From: Chiloscyllium plagiosum | Taxonomy: Eukaryota | NCBI RefSeq assembly: GCF_004010195.1 | Contig: NC_057719.1 | Location: 29,178,822-29,242,821 of the forward strand | Direction of reading: 5' to 3' | DNA: 64,000 bases | In this document: positions 24,162 through 36,400 of the stretch, one piece after another | Layout of the letters: every line of letters begins with the position of its first letter | Numbering within the stretch: the first letter of the stretch is position 1 | Notes under the pieces: generated by a model | Told to the model about the DNA's origin: nothing | Seen by the model: only the letters and a program-made list of their open reading frames with translations | Database searches by the model: none | Translations under genes and position numbers: made by a program

Positions 24162-24254
24162 GTAGCTGAAGATAATGTTCCAATGGAATTCTGTGCAAAC
24201 CAGGAGAAGTCTCTGTCAAAAATTGCTGCATCAACTTCAAAAGATGTTTCTATA
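24162..24254 (+). CDS. SIX6OS1: Putative exon (VAEDNVPMEFCANQEKSLSKIAASTSKDVSI)
   Basis: ttttttag| acceptor, ATA|gtaagg donor, 93 nt open, phase 0/0. Confidence 0.65.
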
Positions 24255-25192
24255 GTAAGGCAATAAACCATTATAACTTCCTGATTTAGTTTGTTTAAAA
24301 TCTTATTTTTGACTGAATTAACATTTCAATAATCTTTAGAGTATGAAGCTAATTTTTAACAGTCAGTGGGTCAAAAAGAGAAAAAGAATCTGCTGAGAGA
24401 TAATATAAAGATGATACCTAAATAAGACTTTGCTGTGATGCCTCAAGCCAATAGAGTGAAAAGAAGATTGGTGTTTTAAAGTTTCATGTGATTTAAGATT
24501 TAATTTTAAATCCTACACCAATGGAGGGTATTCATGTCACCATGTCTTTGCTGGTTCTTTCAATAGACCCACTGGCCCTCTCTTTCTCCACAACGCCATG
24601 ACCTTTTATTTTTGAAGTATTTATTTGTTCCCTTAGAAAATGCTGGGTCATAATAAATTGTATAAAAATATCTCATTTCCCCGATGGTTCTTTGTTAGTG
24701 GTCTTAAATCAGTTGTTTTTAGTTGCTGACCCTCTTTTCAGTGGATCTCATAAAACATTTTCCTATTAGATAGCCTGCAAATGAAATTATTTGCATATCC
24801 ATAAAAAATGCAAAAATTTCAAAATATTTCCATGTTCCTCAGATTATTACGAAGAACTTTCAACCAATGTTCCTGTTGAATTATGTGCGTACACAGCCAT
24901 GCGGTAATTTAAAAGATGCCATACATGCTTTGTTTTTTGAGAAATAGGATGTCTGCATGGGCATTTTTAAACAACCCCACACTGAATTAGAAGGATTTAG
25001 CACATCAAGGAAACATTGCTTTGAACTTGGAAATCTGGCATGAAAGCGACTTCACAAATTGTCTGTCTCAATTGTTTTCTAGTCCAGGCTAAACCTGTTA
25101 AAGTAATTCAAACATTTTTATATGAATATACAAATTACAAATAGAAGTGGCCATTTGGCCCCTTGACCCTTCTCTGGTATTTGATAAGATCA

Positions 25193-26504
25193 GGTAGGTA
25201 AAAACAATGACCGCAGATGCTGGAAACCAGAGTCTAGATTAGAGTGGTGCTGGAAAAGCACAGCAGTTCAGGCAGCATCCGAGGAGCAGTAAAATCGATG
25301 TTTCAGGCAAAAGCCCTTCATCAGGAATACAGGCAGAGAGCCTGAAGGGTGGAGAGATAGGTGAGGAGGGTGGGTGTGGGGAGAAAGTAGCATAGAGTAC
25401 AATAGGTGAGTGGGGGAGGGGATGAAGGTGATAGGTCGGGGGGAAGGGTGGAATGGATAGGTCCCCACGCACAACTTCCCACTACTGTCCTTGACTGGCC
25501 CTAATCTTATTCTAGTCATTTTTTTTATTCCTGACATACCTACGGAACGTTTTAGGGTTTTCCTTGATCTGACCTGCCAAAGACTTCTCTTGTCCCCTCC
25601 TCACTCTTCTTAGCTCTCTCTTAAGGTCTTTCTTGGTTAATTTGTAAGTTTCAAGTGCCCTAACTGAGTCTTCAGGTCTCATCTTTACATAAACTTCCTT
25701 CTTCCTCTTCATAAGAGATTCAACTTCATCAGTAAACCATGGCTCCCTTGTTTGACCACTTCTTCCTGTCTGACAGATACATACTCCAGGTGGTCACGGA
25801 GGGAACGGTCTTTGCGGAAGGCGGAGAGGGGTGGGGATGGAAATATATCCCTGGTGGTGGGGTCTGTTTGGAGGTGGCGGAAATGTCGGCGGATGATTTG
25901 GTTTATGCGAAGGTTGGTAGGGTGGAAGGTGTGCACCAGGGGCGTTCTGTCCTTGTTGCGGTTGGAGGGGTTGGGTCTGAGGGTGGAGGTGCGGGATGTG
26001 GACGAGATGCGTTGGAGGGCATCTTTGACCACGTGGGAAGGGAAATTGCGGTCTGTAAAGAAGGAGGCCATCTGGTGTGTTCTATGGTGGAACCGCTCCT
26101 CTTGGGAGCAGATACGGCGGAGGCGGAGGAATTGGGAATACGGGATGGCATTTTTGCAGGAGGTAGGGTGGGAAGAGGTGTAATCCAGGTAGCTGTGGGA
26201 GTCGGTGGGTTTGTAGAAGATGTCAGTGTCAAGTCGGTCGTCACTGATGGAGATGGAGAGGTCCAGGAAGGGGAGGTAGGTGTCAGAGATGGTCCAGGTA
26301 AATTTAAGGTCGGGGTAGAATGTGTTGGTGAAGTTGATGAATTGCTCAACCTCCTCGCGGGAGCACGAGGTGGCGCCAATGCAGTCATCAATGTAGCGGA
26401 GGAAGAGGTGGGGAGTGGTGCGGTGTAGTTACGGAAGATTGACTGTTCTACGTGGCCAACAAAGAGACAGGCATAGCTATGGCCCATACGGGTGTCCATG
26501 GCTA
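25193..26504 (-). mobile_element. Penelope family 1 (RT part + 3' end) with an internal CR1 fragment (about 25463-25786), 11-bp TSD
   Basis: MGHSYACLFVG, RYIDD-type motif, QTDPTTRDIFP; CR1 piece IKENPKTF.RYV; TSD tgataagatca at 25182-25192 and 26505-26515. Confidence 0.88.
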
Positions 26505-28304
26505 TGATAAGATCATAGTTGATCTGATTGAAGTCACTTTGGAGAGTGGAAGAAATGTTTGACCAAAGAAAAGTAACAAATACTGCAATTCAGCTATTTT
26601 CTTTTACTTGTAATGTTCTGCCTCCTTTCCTGTTTGTATCATCAGTCAATGGTCTCCACCTCTAGCCTGCTAAAATTTCTTCAGTACCTGGCTGTGTATG
26701 TTGACTTTGTTCTGAGGGTGCACTTGGAATTTATCCAGCAGCATTGCTTTATCTCTGGTCACTTGCACTAGGTCCATGTCAGGATAATCATCAGATGATT
26801 ATTCTGTAAGGTTCACTTCATTTGTAAGGTTGGAGCTTCTTATTTTTTTCAATGGGTCAAAGGCCTATTATTGGTGACAGTAGTTGATAACCTGCTTCTC
26901 ATTTTAGATGAAGCCATCGGGTGGATACTATTCCTCAAAGTGAGCTTGGAAGTGGAGGTTAGAGGATGCAGGTTATGGGCCTCACTTTCCACCCTCTGCC
27001 CCAATCAAGTCCAGAATGGGAAGGTGAATGCAAAGAGTTATAAATGGCCTTTCCATCCTGATGCCAATGTCTTAAGAAGCCAATTAATGCCTACTTAAAG
27101 GCCTCATCCAGCTGGTGCTGATAGTCAGGGGAATCACCATTCTGGAAATCTTGAAAAGCAAAATCTGGTCAAAATCTGCCTTAGCCTGCAAACAAATGAG
27201 TAGCCTCATCACTCCCTACCTGATTGAAGGACAGAACACTTGGGAGGAAGAAGGTGCACTTGAGAGCCACTGTTTATCCTTTTAATCTGACCTCCTTGTC
27301 CTTCCAATCAGTGGCTCCATCCTCATTACATGCATTCTGCCCTCACTCATCTGCAGCTTGGGTCCTTACTGATCTTGGTCCTCTGGTTGATGCAGTAGTC
27401 CTACCTCCAGAGGAGAAATGCTGGTCTCTCCTTGTTTGACAGCTTGAGGTTTCTGCCATCAAAGTCCTTGATCCAGGAAGATTCTGTCAGTGACCAATTT
27501 AGTGTCTGATTCGTCCAACAAATCAGTTGCCAATCTCAAAGAAGGCAATGCTGGCTTTTTGCAGCTCTAAAACAATGTTTGAGACACCTGTCATCTATAT
27601 TAAATTTCACACATTATTTTCCATTCCCCTCCAAACTCCATTTCCTTGCTACCAACTCTGTCCCTGTTCGTAGCATCTGTATGATAACTAAACCATCCAG
27701 TTCCCAATTTTGACATAATAATTAACCCCATAAGCTTCTGATCACAAATCGCCATTAATTTCTACTATCATAATATTACTTGACTTTGTTCACCTCAGCT
27801 CAGCTACTGTTGAATCCTCAGTTATGCCTTTGATACTTCTTGAGTTTACTATTCCACTTTACTCCTGACTGCTTTCCCACCTTGTAAACAATCCAAACCT
27901 CTACTCTCCACGTCCTTACTCAGTTACCACCCCTTAGTTGGTGTAGTACATTGGCTCCCAGCTAAACTGTTCTTCAACTTTCGAATTATTTATCTGTTTT
28001 CAATGGCCTTACCTTCTCTCTCTCTAATTTTCTGCAGGCTCAAAAAGTTTTAAAGTACATCCCTAACTTTCATTCTTGCATCTTTGATGGTTCTGCCTTC
28101 AGATGCTTAGCCCTACATTCTGAACTCCATCCCTAAACTGTTCACCTCTCTACCTTGCTTGCTTCCTTTAAGTTCCCCTTGAAACCCAGTCTACTGGACA
28201 AACTTCTTTTCATCAGCTGGCCAAATATCAGTCATATATCTCAGTATCTAACTTTGCTGTATAATCGTCCTGTGATGTGTTTCATTTCATAGAAGCACTA
28301 TGCT

Positions 28305-29125
28305 GTTCTGTAGGGACAGGAGTGGGGAGAGATCCTGTGATGGGAGGGAATGGTGTCCTCCCATTATACCTTACCATTCTCTCTGCGACTCTCTTGTCAG
28401 GTCCACACTCCCCCACCAACCCACTCTCTCATCCCAGCACCTTCCCCTGCCTCCGCAAGAATTGCAAAACCTGAGCCCAACCCTCCCCACTAACCTCTGT
28501 CCAAGGCCCCAAAGGAGCCTTCCGCATCCATCAGAGATTTACCTGCACTTCCACACACATCATTTACTGTATTCATTGCTCCTGATGCAGTCTCCTGTAT
28601 ACTGGGGAGACAGGACACCTACTTGTGGAATGCTTCAGAGAACATCTCCGGGACACATGCACAAAGCAACACCACTCTGCCAAGGACATACAGATCCTGG
28701 GCCTCATCCATCGCCAAACCCTTGCCACCCGCTGCCTGGAGGAAGAACACCTCATCTTCCACCTTGGGACCCTCCAACCACATGGGATCAATGTGGATTT
28801 CACCAATTTCCTCATTTTCCCTCCCCCACCTTATCCCACTGCCCTCTTGACCTGTCCTACCTGTCCATCTTCCTTCCCACTAATCCACTCCACCCTCCTC
28901 TCTGACATATCACCTTCATACCCGCCTTCATCTACCTATCGCATTCCCAGCTACGTACCCCCAGCCCCATCCCCCCTCCAATTTATCTCTCAGCCTCATA
29001 CATGATGAAAAGCTTATGCCCAAAACGTCGATTCCCCTGCTCCTCGGATGCTGCCTGACTGGCTATGCTTTTCCAGCATCACTCCTGACTCCAATCTCCA
29101 GCATCTGCTGTCCTCACTTCCTCCT
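28305..29125 (+). mobile_element. Penelope family 1 GIY-YIG/3' fragment, decayed
   Basis: CFREHLRD..LEEEHLIFHLGTLQPHGINVDF; family 3' tail. Confidence 0.85.
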
Positions 29126-29387
29126 ATTTGACATCCAGCAACTGTTTTTGGATATACATACATTGTTGCAGGACCCAATATAGAGATAGTCTGCTGTTTG
29201 TCATATTGATTGTTATAAAACTAGCATCAGGCTCATTGCTTATGCCCACCACCCACCTTAGATAGATCATAGGATCCCAACTGCACTCCAGCTGGCTGGA
29301 TTCACTCCCATCATCATTCTGACTGACCGCAGAAAATTATTACTTAAAATATAATCTGTTTCAATAATTAAAAAAATTATTTTGTAG

Positions 29388-29470
29388 AGAGATGAATCAA
29401 GTGGAATCCAACAACTGAAAAAGTTTCAGATGTCATTAACAACTAAGAACCCAGGACAACCTCAATATTG
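29388..29470 (+). CDS. SIX6OS1: Putative exon (RDESSGIQQLKKFQMSLTTKNPGQPQY-C)
   Basis: ttattttgtag| acceptor, TTG|gtaaca donor, phase 0 in, phase 2 out. Confidence 0.6.
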
Positions 29471-29579
29471 GTAACAAATGTTCAAGTTTCTACCTATTTT
29501 ATCCAAAGTTTTGCCAAACTGATTTTGAATATTTTACATCTTTGTATCATTTGTTTCTCATGTAGACACATATTAAACA

Positions 29580-30577
29580 AGAAAAGATGTTTTTCAGACT
29601 GGAGGCCTGTGACCAGTAATGTGCAGCAAGGATTGGTACTGGGTCCACTGCTTTTTGTAATTTACATAAATGAATTGGATGTAAACATAGAAGTAATGGT
29701 TAGTACGTTTGCAGATGACACCAAAATTGGTGGTGTAGTGGACAGTGAAGAAGGATATCTCAGACTACAACGGGACCCTGATCAAATGGAGTTTAGATAA
29801 ATGTAAGGTGTTACATTTTGGTAAGGCATATCAGGGCAGGACTTAATACACTTAATGTAGGTTCCTGGGGTATGTAGCTGAACAAAGAGACCTTGGGGTG
29901 CAGGTTCATTGCTCCTTGAAGGTTGTGTCACAGGTAGACAGGGTAGTGAAGAAGGCGTTTAGTAGTTAGCCTTAGTCATTGAGTATAGGAGTTGGGAGGT
30001 CATGTTGCAGCTGTACAAGACATTGGTTAGGCTACTTTTGGAATACTGCATTCAGTTCTGGTCTCCCTGCTAATAGGAAAGATGTTGAACTTGAAAGATT
30101 GCAGAAAAGATTTAGAAGGAATGTTGCTGGGAATGCAAGGTTTGAGTTATAGAGAGAGATTGAACAGACTGGGCTCTTTTCCCGGCAGTGTCAAAGGTTG
30201 AAGGGTGACCTTTTACAGGTTTATAAAATCATGAGGCGCATGGATAGTGTGAATATCCAAGATCCTTTTCCCAAGACAGGGGGAGTCCAAAACTAGAGGG
30301 AATGGGTTTAAGGTGAAAGGGGAAGGATTTCAAAGGGGCCTAAGGGGCACCTTTTTCTGGTAGAGCATGTATGGAATGAGCATCTAGAAGAAGTGGTGGA
30401 GGCTGGTACAATTACAACTTAAAAGGCATCTGGATGGATGCACAAATAGGAAAGGTTTAGAGGGATATGGGCCAAGTGTTGGCAAATGGGACTAGATTAA
30501 CTTGGGATATCTCGTCGGCATGGACAAGTTGGACTGAAGGGCTTGTTTCAGTTCTGTACAACTCTATGACTCTATGT
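29580..30577 (+). mobile_element. CR1 3' half
   Basis: QGLVLGPLLFVIYINEL..FADDTK; (ctatga)n tail. Confidence 0.9.
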
Positions 30578-30786
30578 ATCAATTATAGGTTACACAAATG
30601 AAAAGTGATAACTTTCAAAATATAGTACCAATATTCCAGATTATACTTGGGCATAACCCCATTTTTATTTGCACTTGGTCTTTTGTAATGAGTTAATGTC
30701 TGCATATTTTGTAACATATCTGCAGCGTAAGTGTTCTGCAAAACCTGGAATGTTTCTAATTGTTTTACCTTACATTATTACATTAG

Positions 30787-30851
30787 CCCATTTGTTTCCA
30801 ATGACCAGGAAGATGGTGTACAGTGGTTAGAGAATAATCACACTATTTCAG
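30787..30851 (+). CDS. SIX6OS1: Putative exon (PFVSNDQEDGVQWLENNHTIS-V)
   Basis: ttacattag| acceptor, CAG|gtaaat donor, phase 2 in, phase 1 out, bridging both neighbours. Confidence 0.6.
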
Positions 30852-30871
30852 GTAAATTTGTTTTATCAGTA

Positions 30872-31090
30872 TAGTCGATTCTGATATCCTACAATAGTTC
30901 CTATCTTGTGTGATCTTGCGTTACAAGAAAGTCATACAATACCCGCGCCCTTTAAACTAATGGGGCAGAAAACACCTTATAGCCAATACATGTAAGGAAA
31001 GTTCACATTCTAAAAATAACAGTCTAAATTCTTCAATCGTATTAAAGCCAATTGGCATTGAAGAAACACATGTTATAGCAGAACTGACTA
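30872..31090. mobile_element. Tc1/mariner-pogo-type MITE
   Basis: Imperfect TIRs (ta)tagtcgattctgatat ... atagcagaactgacta(ta). Confidence 0.62.
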
Positions 31091-31494
31091 TACTGAGTTA
31101 TGATTTAGTTAGGTAACTCTTTATATAATCCGTTGGCATTAAATTTAAATATGTGCAATTTTAAAATTTCTAATTGCAAACTTTGGTTCTGGTTTAGGCA
31201 TATTTGCCATTTTATTCTCAAATTGGCATTTGTATTGTTTCTACTCAATTCTTGTGCATGCTTGTGCTAAATGACATCGTAATGAGAACATTACTGTAGA
31301 TGATATGAATGTAAGGCAGAAGTATGCAGATCAGGCAAATTGACTCTCAGTCAGCATCCAACATTGACTTGATGCCAACACTGCCATGTTAGACCTTACC
31401 ACTCCAGTTAAGATCCTCTCTTAAATATATTCAGCTAAATATGCAACATGAAAGAGCGTCCATCAAAACCATTTAAAAAGATCATCAATAATCT

Positions 31495-32750
31495 ACATAA
31501 AAGTAAGGAGCAGGAATATGCCACTTGGCCTCACAAGGCTTTGAGTACTGTTTTGTAATTGATCTGATTACTCTGTATTTCCACCTACCCCCATAACGTT
31601 TCACTCCTTTGCTGACAAGAATCTGTTTATTTCAGTTTTGAAAATACTAAAAGACAACACTTTAACCCTTGAAGAATTTTCAAAAGACTCATGGCCCTCT
31701 GTGAGACAAACATTCTTACCTTTGTCTTAAATGCATGACTTCTGATCTATAACAGTGAACCAAATTTCTAGATTCTCCCACAAATGGAAACATCTTCTCA
31801 GTGTCTGACCTGCGAAGGCTCCTCTGACTGAACAATGCTTTCAGGCAGCAAGTTCCAGACTTTCACCACCCTCTGGGTTATAAAAAAAAACATAGCCTTC
31901 TAACTCATTTGGAATCTATCCTCCTGGGTTACTGACCTCTGTACTAGTGGAATAGGTGCCTTTCCATTCACTCTATCTATACCCTTCATATACACTTCTA
32001 TCCAGTTTCCTGTTAACCTTTTATGCTCCAAGGAATGCAATCGGAATCTATCCAATCTTTCGTCATAAATCAGACATTATAGCCCAGGCAGCATCTTCTA
32101 CACTTTCTCAAGTGCAATAATACCCTTCCTAAAAGATGGTGACCAAAACTATTTGCAATACTCCAGTTGTGGCCTAACCTGCATTTTATATGCTGTCAGC
32201 ATAACCATTCTGCTCAAATTCTATACCTCGATTTAATACAGGTAAGCATGTCAAGTGCCTCTAAACTAGTATATTCAAATGTCTTTATACTTTCACAAAT
32301 CTGTAGATATGCACACCAAGGTCCCTCTGATCTTCAGTAATTTCCAGGGTCATGAATGGTGGAGGACAATTAAACAACTCACTGGAAGACAAAGCTTCAC
32401 AGATCCCTCATCCTCAATGATGGGAGATCTAGAATATGTGTGTAAAATATAAGACTGCACATTAACAACAATGTGAAGTGATAAAAGCTGAATGGATTGT
32501 CCACATTGCCCTCCTCCAGAAGTCCTGAGTATCACAAATGCCAGTCTGCAGCCAATTTGTTTCACACCACCTGATATCAAAAGTCACTTGCTACTGTAAA
32601 GGCTATTGGGCCCTGACAGCATACTGCCAATTGTACTGAAGTGTGCTCCAGAACCTGCTGCGTTGCTGTTCAGCTATTTTAGTACAGCTGTATCGTTAGT
32701 ATGTACAACAATTTGGAAAATTGTCCAGGTATGTTCTGTGCACAAAAAAA
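31495..32750. mobile_element. Old LINE fragments (CR1 minus strand to about 32350, then second LINE family on plus strand)
   Basis: Degenerate matches to other CR1 3' ends and to 40200-40420. Confidence 0.6.
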
Positions 32751-33441
32751 GGAAGTTCCTGTAGCCACATGGACTTGGTGCAGATGTGTTTGCCATGGAT
32801 TATGCCAGCATCCAGAAGTTCCCACATTCTGCATTTGCAGCACAGCATCTGCCCTGCCATCGTTAATGTGTTATTTAGTAAATGTTAATTAGTTTGTAAT
32901 TCATACAGCCTGTAACATCCAAATACATTTTAGCACTATCAGTAAACTTTACAATACTTACTAACTAATATAATACATTTACACTTATAGTTTGTAACAA
33001 ATCTAGAGAGTACTCTCTTCTTTTGTAGTATAAATTGCTCATTTTGTGATTCTGTCTTAATGAGTGTTGACAAACTTTGACAATATCTCAGTTTTCACCA
33101 GTCTTCACATTTTGTACTACCACGCAACATGCGATTGTTAAGCCCTGTTGAGTACTTACATACTGATATGGCCGAAGTAAGGAACAGCAAGAAAAACAAG
33201 TCATGGGTGGGAGGCTATAGGCTCCCAATTTTTTACATTTGTGAAAAATGGAAGCAAGTAAACTGATGAGCATAGTCTATGTTGGGCCGAAAACAAAATA
33301 CTTTTGCTTGCAAAAATTCAAAACAAAACATTCATATCCAATATGAATAAGTGATTAGTTAGCAATTGCTAAATAATCTTGATTATGTTAATAGCCACAT
33401 TGACAACCATTTTAAGATAATCAATCAATCAACTCCATAAC

Positions 33442-36400
33442 TGAAATAACTCCATAGAGGCCGGTATCCTGTCACCAGGTCACCCTTTATTTACAAGTGC
33501 GTAGTACTCGATACTGGTCCAGCTACCTCTGTCAACTCTCAGTCCAACAGAACCTTTCATACTTCTGTTTATTTTTAAAAAAATTTTTTCCTTTACCCTC
33601 ACACTTCCGCCTAACTGTGGTAGTGCTTATTTTTCCCCGGTACCCATGTTGTGTGTGTGCAGGTGTGAGACACAGTGAAAGACACAAGTTGCACAAATCT
33701 TTATTCAATTTCCACGACTAGGAAGAAAAGAAAACACCCAAGTGGCCAGTGACAAGCAGTGCCCTTCACATCAAAGGGCAATGCTATGTGATCAAACAGT
33801 GAAGGGGAGGGCAAGGATTAAATCAAAATAGAGTTGGAGGGGGAAATAATGCACTCCACTCCCTGCGGCACCCACCTCTCCCTGAACAGCTCAAGGGATT
33901 TGGTGGACATAGCGTGCTCCCTCGCCAGGGACACCCGGGCTCCAACATAACTGTGGAAGAGGGGAAGACAATCAGCCCGAACGACCCACTCCATGGCCCA
34001 CTGCCTTGACCTGTCTATGGCCAGTTTGGCCAGGCCCAGGAACAGACCCATGAGGAGGTCCTCAGACCTGCTCTCCCTGCTCCGTGCAGGGTGCCCGAAA
34101 TTCAGGAACGTGGGACTGAAGTGCAACCAAAACCAGAGAAGGAGATTTTTAAGAAAATCAAAAAGGGAGTGCAAATGCCCACATCCAATATATACATGGT
34201 CCATGGACTCCACAGCACCGCAGAACAAGCAGTAGGGCTGGGAGTCCATGAACCACCGCAATCTGCGGTTGCAGGGGACCGCTGTGTGCAGCACCCTCCA
34301 CCCCAGATCCCAAGAGGAGGGGCAGGACTCCCGCGTAGAAAGCCCTCCACTGGGGATCCCCATGACCTGGTGGCAAATGGGCATGCCAAGGCGTGTCCAG
34401 ATGGTGGGTGAGGGAGAAGAGGTGGACGGTGTACAGCAGCAGTCGATACAGGGCCCTCCTTTTTCCATCCTTAAAAGGGACAAAACTAAAATTCCGGATG
34501 CGGCTCAGGTTGTGGGGCACAGGTTCCCGCGGTAAGTACGGGACCTTGGGCCCAATGTGAAATTCTGTCCGGGCAGGGGTAAGCACGGACGAAATTCCAA
34601 CACACAACTGAGCATCCTTCAACTGGTGCACTACGTCGGGTCCAGGCACCGCCATTTTAAGGCGTCGAATGGCAGTGGTCACGTACCGGATGTCTACCGC
34701 TGCCCTGCTCATACTCCTGTTTTTTTTTAATGCCCACACTACTGCCTAATTGCAGTAGTGCTTATTTTTCCCCAGCACCCATGTGTGTGTGCAGGTGTGA
34801 GACACAGTGAAAGACACAAAGTGCACCAATCTTTATTCAATTTCCACCACCAGGAAGATAGGAAAACACCCGAGTGGCCAGTGACAAGCAGTTCCCTTCA
34901 CATTGAAGGGCAATGCTGTGTGATCAAAACAGTGAAGGGGAGGGTAGGGACTAAATCAAAATAGAGTTGGAGGGGGAAATAATGCACTCCACTCCCCGCG
35001 GCGCCCACCTCTCCCTGAACAACTCCAGGGTGTTGGTGGACACCGCGTGCTCCTTCTCCAAGGACACCCGGGCCCTAACGTAACCGCGGAAGAGGGGCAG
35101 GCAGTCGGCCCTAACGACCCCCTCCACGGCCAGCTGCCAGGACCTGTTGATGGCCAGTTTGGCCAGGCCCAGGAGCAGACCCACGAGGAGGTCTTCAGAC
35201 CTGCCCTCCCTCCTCCGTACCAGGCATACTCCTGTTTATTTTAAAAAAAATTTTTTTTGTAGCACCAGGCAGCACAGTCAGTCTCCTAAATTGAGAACAT
35301 CTCTGAATTTCCTGGTTATAATATTTTATTAAACAAATTACAAAACATTTTACAAAAAACAGTTAATATTTACAGCTGTATACAACAGCAATTTTACAAG
35401 GGAGAGGAGCAGCAAAGCTAGGCCCCAAACCCTACCATTCAACCTGTTTACAGGGAGATGAGGACAAACCTCAAATCCCATACTCCTAGTTTTTTTTTCC
35501 TGTTTATATTTTATTAAACAAATTACAAAAACAGTTTACAACAAACAGTTACATTTACAGCTGCATACAAGAGACAGCAATTTTACAACGGAGTGGAGCA
35601 GCAAAGCCAGTCCCCAAACCCTACCATTCAAACAGTTTACAGGGACATGAGGACAAACCTCAAATTCCATATTCTTGTTTTTTTTTTCTTTTTTCTTTTT
35701 TTTTAAAACACCTGAGTGGCCAGTGACAAACACTGCCCTTCACATCAAAGGGCAATGCTGTGTGTAGGTATAAGTTTTACTCTTTTTTTTTAGCACCCAT
35801 GGTGTGTGTGTATATGTGTGAGACACAGTGAAAGACACAAAGTGCACGAATCTTTATTCAATTTCCACCACCAGGAAGATAGGAAAACACCCGAGTGGCC
35901 AGTGACAAGCACTGCCCTTCACATCAAAGGGCAATGCAACCATACCCCTTTTTTTTTTCTTTTTTTTTCTTTTTTTTCTCTTTCTTTTTCTTTCCTTTCC
36001 CCACACTACCACCTAAGTGCGGTAGTGCTTATTTTTTCCCCAGCACCCATGGTGTGTGTGTATACGTGTGAGACACAGTGAAAGACACAAAGTGCACGAA
36101 TCTTTATTCAATTTCCACCACCAGGAAGATAGGAAAACACCCGAGTGGCCAGTGACAANNNNNNNNNNNNNNNNNNNNNNNNNNNNNNNNNNNNNNNNNN
36201 NNNNNNNNNNNNNNNNNNNNNNNNNNNNNNNNNNNNNNNNNNNNNNNNNNNNNNNNNNNNNNNNNNNNNNNNNNNNNNNNNNNNNNNNNNNNNNNNNNNN
36301 NNNNNNNNNNNNNNNNNNNNNNNNNNNNNNNNNNNNNNNNNNNNNNNNNNNNNNNNNNNNNNNNNNNNNNNNNNNNNNNNNNNNNNNNNNNNNNNNNNNN

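Noticed and set aside
33558..33570. U2 snRNA target (Keno-type)
   Set aside because: Motif does not match U2 as I recall it; it matches the LTR in this window
33558..36158. CRISPR-like repeat-spacer array
   Set aside because: Eukaryotic context; spacers are homologous LINE 3' ends with poly(A), repeats are short TSD-like motifs, no cas genes
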